Below, in pieces: positions 42,801 to 46,028 of a stretch of DNA of 46,028 nt; the stretch's first letter is position 1; each line of letters begins with the position of its first letter. Under the pieces are notes generated by a model. That model was not told the DNA's origin. It saw only the letters and a program-made list of their open reading frames with translations, and searched no databases. The stretch is from a virus (lineage: Duplodnaviria > Caudoviricetes). The translations under genes were made by a program, and so were the position numbers. The stretch is from positions 1 through 46,028 of the IMG/VR virus record IMGVR_UViG_3300031963_000269; one strand, 5' to 3'.

Positions 42801-45800
42801 CTTCAAACAAGCCAGCCGCCACGGCGTGGGTGTCAATGGTCACATGGCTGATGTCGCTGTTGGGGGCAACGATGTTGTTGTAGAACGAACGAATCTTATG
42901 TTCAAAGCCAAGCTGTTGGCTGATGTTGTCTCTGCCGCCGTCACGGTAAATGCTGACTGATTTTTCAATAGGATCGTAGGTAGACCACATCATGGTGGAT
43001 GGCTTGATCTCGCCCTTCTTGTCAGGCATATTCATCACCAGCCCACCAAAACCGCCCTCTGGAGTGACGATGCGGTAGGTGCGAGACTGGTAGGCTTCAT
43101 CGTAGGCACGGACAAAGGCGGCGGCAGACTCAATGTCCATGTCCTTAAGCTTTGCTCCAGACTTGGCTACCTTCTCAATCTTCTTGTATGCAATCTCACG
43201 CTTCTCACGCTCTTTGCGGTCTGCAATGCTTTTGACATAACTCTGGGCGTACTTGAGCATATTCTCATCCCAAGCCATGTCTCCACGCTTGGCAAGAATG
43301 TCGATGGCACGTTCAGCCATTGATACGTTCTGAAACCAATCCTTCTGCGGAGACATTGCCGCCAAGATGCCAGACACCTGCATATCTGTCAGGTCGTACT
43401 CCTTGCCCATCTGCTTGGCAATCTTGTTTGCACCGTCATACCAAAGCTTGCTACGGTTGCGGATTTCAGCAGGGACAGAGTTGTACAAGAAAAGCAAGTT
43501 GTTCACGATGTTCTTTTTGAACAGCGGGATCACTTGATCATCTGCAATGTCTTTTGGAATGAAGCCGTAGTCCTTGATGGCTTTGATTGTTCTGGCTTTG
43601 ATGGCTGGATTTATTTCCATTGCCTCAAGGACAGCCTTCTCGTCAATTGAGTAGATGTCTTCCAGCGGATCGAACTTAGCCTTAACGCCAGTTGCGTTTT
43701 GGGTGGAGATTTCTTTCTCACCCTTTTCGGCCTTGCGAACAAAAGAGAACCGACCAGCCTCACGGCGACCACTTTCCTGATTCATCTGAACCATCAGGTC
43801 AAGCGATTTTTCTTCGCCAACAAAATCAGTGACAGCTTTGTTTAAACGCCTAAACGCCATTGTTTGATTGCGCTTCAAGGCGTTTGGAGCTTTGCCTCTA
43901 CCGCCAACGCCAACAGGTGTGGCTCGTCCGGAAGCCTCGGCATCTGCAAGCAAAAGCTTCTCATGCAAATCCCAAATGTTCTGTGGGATGCCTTCTGGCG
44001 CTTTGGACACAGGCTCACGCTTGGCAAACTTACCTTCTGTTGTTGCTGGCGCTTTGGGCTTGTACTTGGTTGCCTCAATGCCACGGAAGATGGAGTCCGA
44101 GGTGTTGAAGCCTTGACCAGAGAAAGTGTTCTTCAGAGATTGGAAGAACTGCTTTAAACGGTACATCAGGTTACCAACCATTCCGGCGGGCAACTTGTTG
44201 TTGAAGTGTTTAAACGCTTCGGCAATGCCTTCTTCTTGCAGGTACTCGTCAAAGCCAGCCATGTCGCCGTTGTTGTCTTGGGCGTACTGTTGACGGTAAC
44301 GCTCCTGAGTGTCTGGCGTGATGAACTGAGGAATCCAATCAGACTTGGCTTTGTTGGTCAGCACCTGCCACTCTTGCGGCGTAAACGCATTCAGATTCTT
44401 CAGAGCGTGGACGGTTTCATGACGCAGAGTCCCTAAGTGGTTGTCTGAGTCCAGCGCCACGGTGACAAGGTTCTGGGCGTAGTAGCCATCGGCGGTTCCG
44501 TTGCCAAGGCTGTCCATGATTTGCAGACCAGTTCCCTCTAAGCCATATTGCTTAAGTGCAGGGATTAGGGTCTTGCGAACCTGTTGCACCTTTTGCTGGA
44601 CTTCAGGGGCGATGACAGGGGTTGTTAGGACTGGAGGAACGGTGTCTAGGACGGTCTGAAAGACCTGAGACAAGTCTAGCCTTCCTTGGGTATCAAACTC
44701 TTGTTTGGCGGCTTCAAATTGAGTTCTGAGCGCAGGGTTTTGCTTCAAGCCATCTGACAGCTTGAGAGCCAAAGCGGCAGATTCTTCTGGGGCTACAGTG
44801 GGTTGAACTGTTGCCGCCTCTGGAGCCAACAAGGTGGCGTTCTGTTTACCCAGCGCCTCGACTTCGGCTTGGGTGGAAGACAACTCCTGACCAAGAGGAG
44901 ACGATGTATCGATAGCCCCACCAATGGGGGTGGTTGAGGTAAGTGGAGCTTTGTCTTGATAAAGCTGTTGGCCTTGAGCCAAGCCCGTATCAACAGCAGA
45001 CTGTTTAAACGTCTCAGGAGCAACCCCGGCAGGTGCAATACCCTGATCGGTCAGGGTATCTGGCTGATCGGTAAGGGGGTTGACCTGATCGGTAGGGGGT
45101 CTGATACCCTGATCGGTTGGACGGGCAGGGCCTTCCAAGTACCGACCAATTGGGGCAAGTGTGCCGCCAAGCACAGCGCCGCCAATGAAACTGTCGAAAT
45201 ATTCTTTTCTGGCTTCTGCATCTGTGATGTTTAAACCAGCTTGCAACCGCTCAAGCGACTGCTGGGCCGCTTCGGTCAAACCTTCTCGGGTTGCCGTCTT
45301 TGCGGTAACACCGCCATAGTCTTTAAGGGTGGACATCAGCCCACGCTTGGCAATGTCTACCGCCTCTTTTTCTGCAAGGCTGATACCTGCGGAGGCAAAC
45401 ATCCTACGGATCAGCGGAGTCATACCCAAAGAGTATGTGTCGAGCAGTGCTTGAGGGACAGCGCCAGCAACGGCATAGCCAAGATTGGTTTCTTCAAGAC
45501 CTTTCTTGTCAGCCTCCATTTGGCGAGCAAGATTGGAACCAGTGTATTGAGCAGTACCAGCTAAACCAGCGGCAATTGCGGGAGCAAGGATAGGCGCACT
45601 TGGAACAGCAACCGCACCCAAGCCAGCGGCGGCAACTGGAGCCGCTATATAAGGAAGAGAGCCGCCAAGCAGTTCACGAAACTTTTGCCCAGTAGGCTCA
45701 AAAAAACCTTTTTCCGTTGGCTGGAATATTTCTCTTGCACGAGCTTCATGTTTGGCGCTTTCCGCCTCGGCTTCTTTTATTGGAAGAATTCCAAGCTTGC

Positions 45801-45987
45801 CAGCCGTCTTATAAGCATCTGCCTGTATTCTCTCTATGGATGCTTTTGCGGCTCCAGTAAGGCCAGTGTCACGCACAGACGGCTTTGCGCCACCAAGATG
45901 AGCTTGATACCTCTCAAGCAACTCTTCTTGTGTCATTCCCTCTGGAACATCTGTAATCGTTGTTCCGTCTGGCATCAAGACATTCAT
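36721..45987 (-). CDS. Large polyvalent protein, putative injected virion protein (zincin, several effector modules, two ART-PolyVal-like domains, LPD38-like C-terminus)
   Basis: 3088-aa ORF; HETVH...EE.IAEAF; two copies of FKRWFG.SK.VD..GNPLV..(H/R)G...VKSATGN.G...NPDIRF; DEEYKKVPDYIRDNNW...IKIPTPFEVG. Confidence 0.85.
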   Translation of the reverse strand: MNVLMPDGTTITDVPEGMTQEELLERYQAHLGGAKPSVRDTGLTGAAKASIERIQADAYKTAGKLGILPIKEAEAESAKHEARAREIFQPTEKGFFEPTGQKFRELLGGSLPYIAAPVAAAGLGAVAVPSAPILAPAIAAGLAGTAQYTGSNLARQMEADKKGLEETNLGYAVAGAVPQALLDTYSLGMTPLIRRMFASAGISLAEKEAVDIAKRGLMSTLKDYGGVTAKTATREGLTEAAQQSLERLQAGLNITDAEARKEYFDSFIGGAVLGGTLAPIGRYLEGPARPTDQGIRPPTDQVNPLTDQPDTLTDQGIAPAGVAPETFKQSAVDTGLAQGQQLYQDKAPLTSTTPIGGAIDTSSPLGQELSSTQAEVEALGKQNATLLAPEAATVQPTVAPEESAALALKLSDGLKQNPALRTQFEAAKQEFDTQGRLDLSQVFQTVLDTVPPVLTTPVIAPEVQQKVQQVRKTLIPALKQYGLEGTGLQIMDSLGNGTADGYYAQNLVTVALDSDNHLGTLRHETVHALKNLNAFTPQEWQVLTNKAKSDWIPQFITPDTQERYRQQYAQDNNGDMAGFDEYLQEEGIAEAFKHFNNKLPAGMVGNLMYRLKQFFQSLKNTFSGQGFNTSDSIFRGIEATKYKPKAPATTEGKFAKREPVSKAPEGIPQNIWDLHEKLLLADAEASGRATPVGVGGRGKAPNALKRNQTMAFRRLNKAVTDFVGEEKSLDLMVQMNQESGRREAGRFSFVRKAEKGEKEISTQNATGVKAKFDPLEDIYSIDEKAVLEAMEINPAIKARTIKAIKDYGFIPKDIADDQVIPLFKKNIVNNLLFLYNSVPAEIRNRSKLWYDGANKIAKQMGKEYDLTDMQVSGILAAMSPQKDWFQNVSMAERAIDILAKRGDMAWDENMLKYAQSYVKSIADRKEREKREIAYKKIEKVAKSGAKLKDMDIESAAAFVRAYDEAYQSRTYRIVTPEGGFGGLVMNMPDKKGEIKPSTMMWSTYDPIEKSVSIYRDGGRDNISQQLGFEHKIRSFYNNIVAPNSDISHVTIDTHAVAAGLFEALAGTDLAVAQNFGATGTADNIGVGGTYGLIADAYRDAAKQVGMKAREMQSITWEAVRGLFDENMKATMKAPIRGQWTKYKNGEQTFDEAREKIIKIAGGMQDPQWVGSDAGKTIAEGGSSYDKSYQPEGGVRLREEKDIREKITVNLSNVTSSIPGLNELYQRSMSGDEKAYAVLQDTAKAHLEHLLSGASAKVKIEPVMGAYGSEREPAINASLAFPEADRKEVMAALARFATNFNQQQVHVRQATAYPFGHDFGDGSYATNVWKMGINRQLTNDELAEIIKETGIPAITVAGKEKDGKTQWTATTYFVDPFENTEKAYEEYIQQVKSLDKALARVVGRSDKAVKPSVERLYVYGTGDGARLGYESIAGDVRPKQAHDTRSSKLIAEYFKGEPVTGFKQKGLNKDEIAAQKSLAQIFEALPNNDLKRPIVRRAYTALTRELIEQYKILPIKIEVVTDVMMDGKSYNYFSKKGVEELKADLTRGMTEAEADSAIKYLQDHYGVPDSDWQKKGGLLARIEADNKDIYPKELGSRAMRDDVNLNNRLKVYKTSPDTFGPKGSNFKSHPLLKDSGLKDANGYPMLYNDLLRAVHDYYAHNLTPAEFGPRGELTAARNHLAVTKDPMAKWALIAETRLQNAWQNFTKGVEAIPLIDRPYAIQKAALPPIQYALSGDPLTDVPMRKLMEELTPEQQLGSLPPSAPIATKFKFSLRQPASRIKAPDTPAFKRWFGNSKIVDYKGNPLVMFHGTARDITEFKPKQANAIFLTSDPTFAEDFGDASEAYMIKELFNGATPEERNKYIMDGANVARKNGDISLKEFAEIKSEFSQMDVTFGFIPPSIEQEVTYVLKNQLPTRQNIIPMFVSSDNPFDFGNKEQVDALTKELNKPEYNRFLKEGEKKYGDKNRGFIERGHWNTIESEKVQNAIKKLGHDGFFVLEGGRKNLAVYDPAQVKSATGNIGTYSIDNPDIRFSLRATNTPEFKRWFGDSKVVDGNGNPLVVYRGVVGLEKNGIAEGALNAEARKGYAAFGSSSPYVASSYANPEADFEETGAVTPLYIKADKLIEFPVTVDKYGSRRFNYFEMDRRAQALPAGTVLVARQVVDIGPRAKSSVDPEKLYSYGSDVYAWNKGTSVKSATGNKGAFDVTNPDIRFALNAPPKQLTAQTPVYTAGQQIQKVANDVHEVFHKDPNEFWTKLRINWVDPNAGLTKRLQNLPIFDSKGQLRADMLNRARAQSINLIKNGLTSGVPVLNTDGSIIIKNDAVNNLANSQLLADGLNNNQYVKDSGLDGRGYVAEVARALRGEEIMQEDAAHNAVNPPDKHLNREKQVDAAQIAWAKQQMQNVPELRDIFSIWKNVNTSLVDLWEKVGLLDAKTASEYRGKKSYVSLAASIADMEERMGEGFGHSYKGTKSVAKTHQLEGAELFRNIWENVSKQYASMLAGAYQNQTRKVAVEQLSGLGLAKITTPNDRDINLRYKDQNHPQANKEGIVSVVVDNPNDVAAFESMHYELNWLMKAISGATGVLRAGALLNPMFWIRQLIRDPIQAALTNSPLVTPLHSAKEYISILRRDSAEARLLAERGVIGPVDSTLDLQDFLETAGQKFSGRGNTSAMLSKLMEMHEASDAATRVAIYKKAKQEALARGLNDVDATNEAVYKARESINFAVRGNSPVLTALRHMTPFLSAAISSLDVLYKAATGYGLPPKERAEARAMFKRRALMMSLMSIAYAMMMQDDEEYKKVPDYIRDNNWLITNPLGDGFIKIPTPFEVGFLLKTVPEAMVRYLNGNSTGKQVIASYRSGLLNSLPGDAVPLPQLFKPAFEAITNYSLFTFSPIESIGESKLPVELRGRRASETAKALSEAGLGKLGLSPAKLDHLIQGYFAEWGTFTTFLVDKAVTEVKGETPMDKNLAQQPFFKSFITDPTRDKVVGDFYELYRTANEVSAAVKDYKSSGAYEAIKEIYADEDKVKLLRAAPALNRIADNMGKINSQIRLIQNSQNIPPDERLRRVNELQAQLARVARQHLRLSESLGI
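45043..45117 (-). repeat. Four CTGATCGGT repeats encoding TDQ spacers
   Basis: Copies at 45043, 45064, 45085 and 45109. Confidence 0.75.
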
Positions 45988-45996
45988 GCTTGCCCC

Positions 45997-46028
45997 TTAT
46001 GGTTTTTTTGGCATATCGTTCAATGATA
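45997..46028 (-). CDS. 3' end of an upstream gene (partial)
   Basis: Frame reads SLNDMPKKP-stop just before the RBS of the giant gene; too short to assign. Confidence 0.35.
   Translation of the reverse strand, partial: SLNDMPKKP

Larger units (their letters stand above)
1..46028. mobile_element. Tailed dsDNA bacteriophage genome (large partial), podovirus-like
   Basis: TerS, TerL, portal, scaffold, major capsid, tail genes, primase-helicase, ERF and RusA in phage-type modules; no host housekeeping genes and no integrase in the window. Confidence 0.97.

Noticed and set aside
1-46028. Alternative genetic code or stop-codon reassignment
   Set aside because: Long genes are intact under the standard code, coding density is high and no suppressor tRNA is present

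Overview
The whole window is most of the genome of a tailed dsDNA phage (Caudoviricetes, podovirus-like layout), probably infecting a betaproteobacterium (inferred from a Burkholderiales-like RpoA C-terminal domain it has captured). No integrase, DNA polymerase or CRISPR array is visible. Minus strand 1-17807: tail and adaptor genes, a cluster of small basic GG-motif proteins, a glycosyltransferase, Mu gpT-like major capsid, scaffold, GroES, portal, TerL, a LexA-type HTH protein, an initiator-type tRNA-Met, a kissing-loop RNA and TerS. Plus strand 18.2-25 kb: early genes with a type I hammerhead ribozyme, SprT-like protease and an AAA+/metallopeptidase/VWA module. 25-36.8 kb: primase-helicase, HNH, RusA, exonuclease, ERF, SSB-like and many small mosaic genes. 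Minus strand 36.7-46 kb: a 3088-aa polyvalent protein. The most unusual signals are: about 37 exact copies of the palindrome GTTTAAAC, several inside promoters and ribosome-binding regions; a promoter- and terminator-bounded sRNA whose anti-Shine-Dalgarno seed matches six phage translation starts; a giant multi-effector protein whose modules are separated by a repeated [KR]F[SA]x[RKN]-like linker and include a SAM-lyase-like motif; an RNA polymerase alpha-CTD inserted in a small phage protein; and an 11-13 kb stretch with no CCGG or GGCC. All motif counts were made by eye and all family assignments come from recalled motifs, not from searches.
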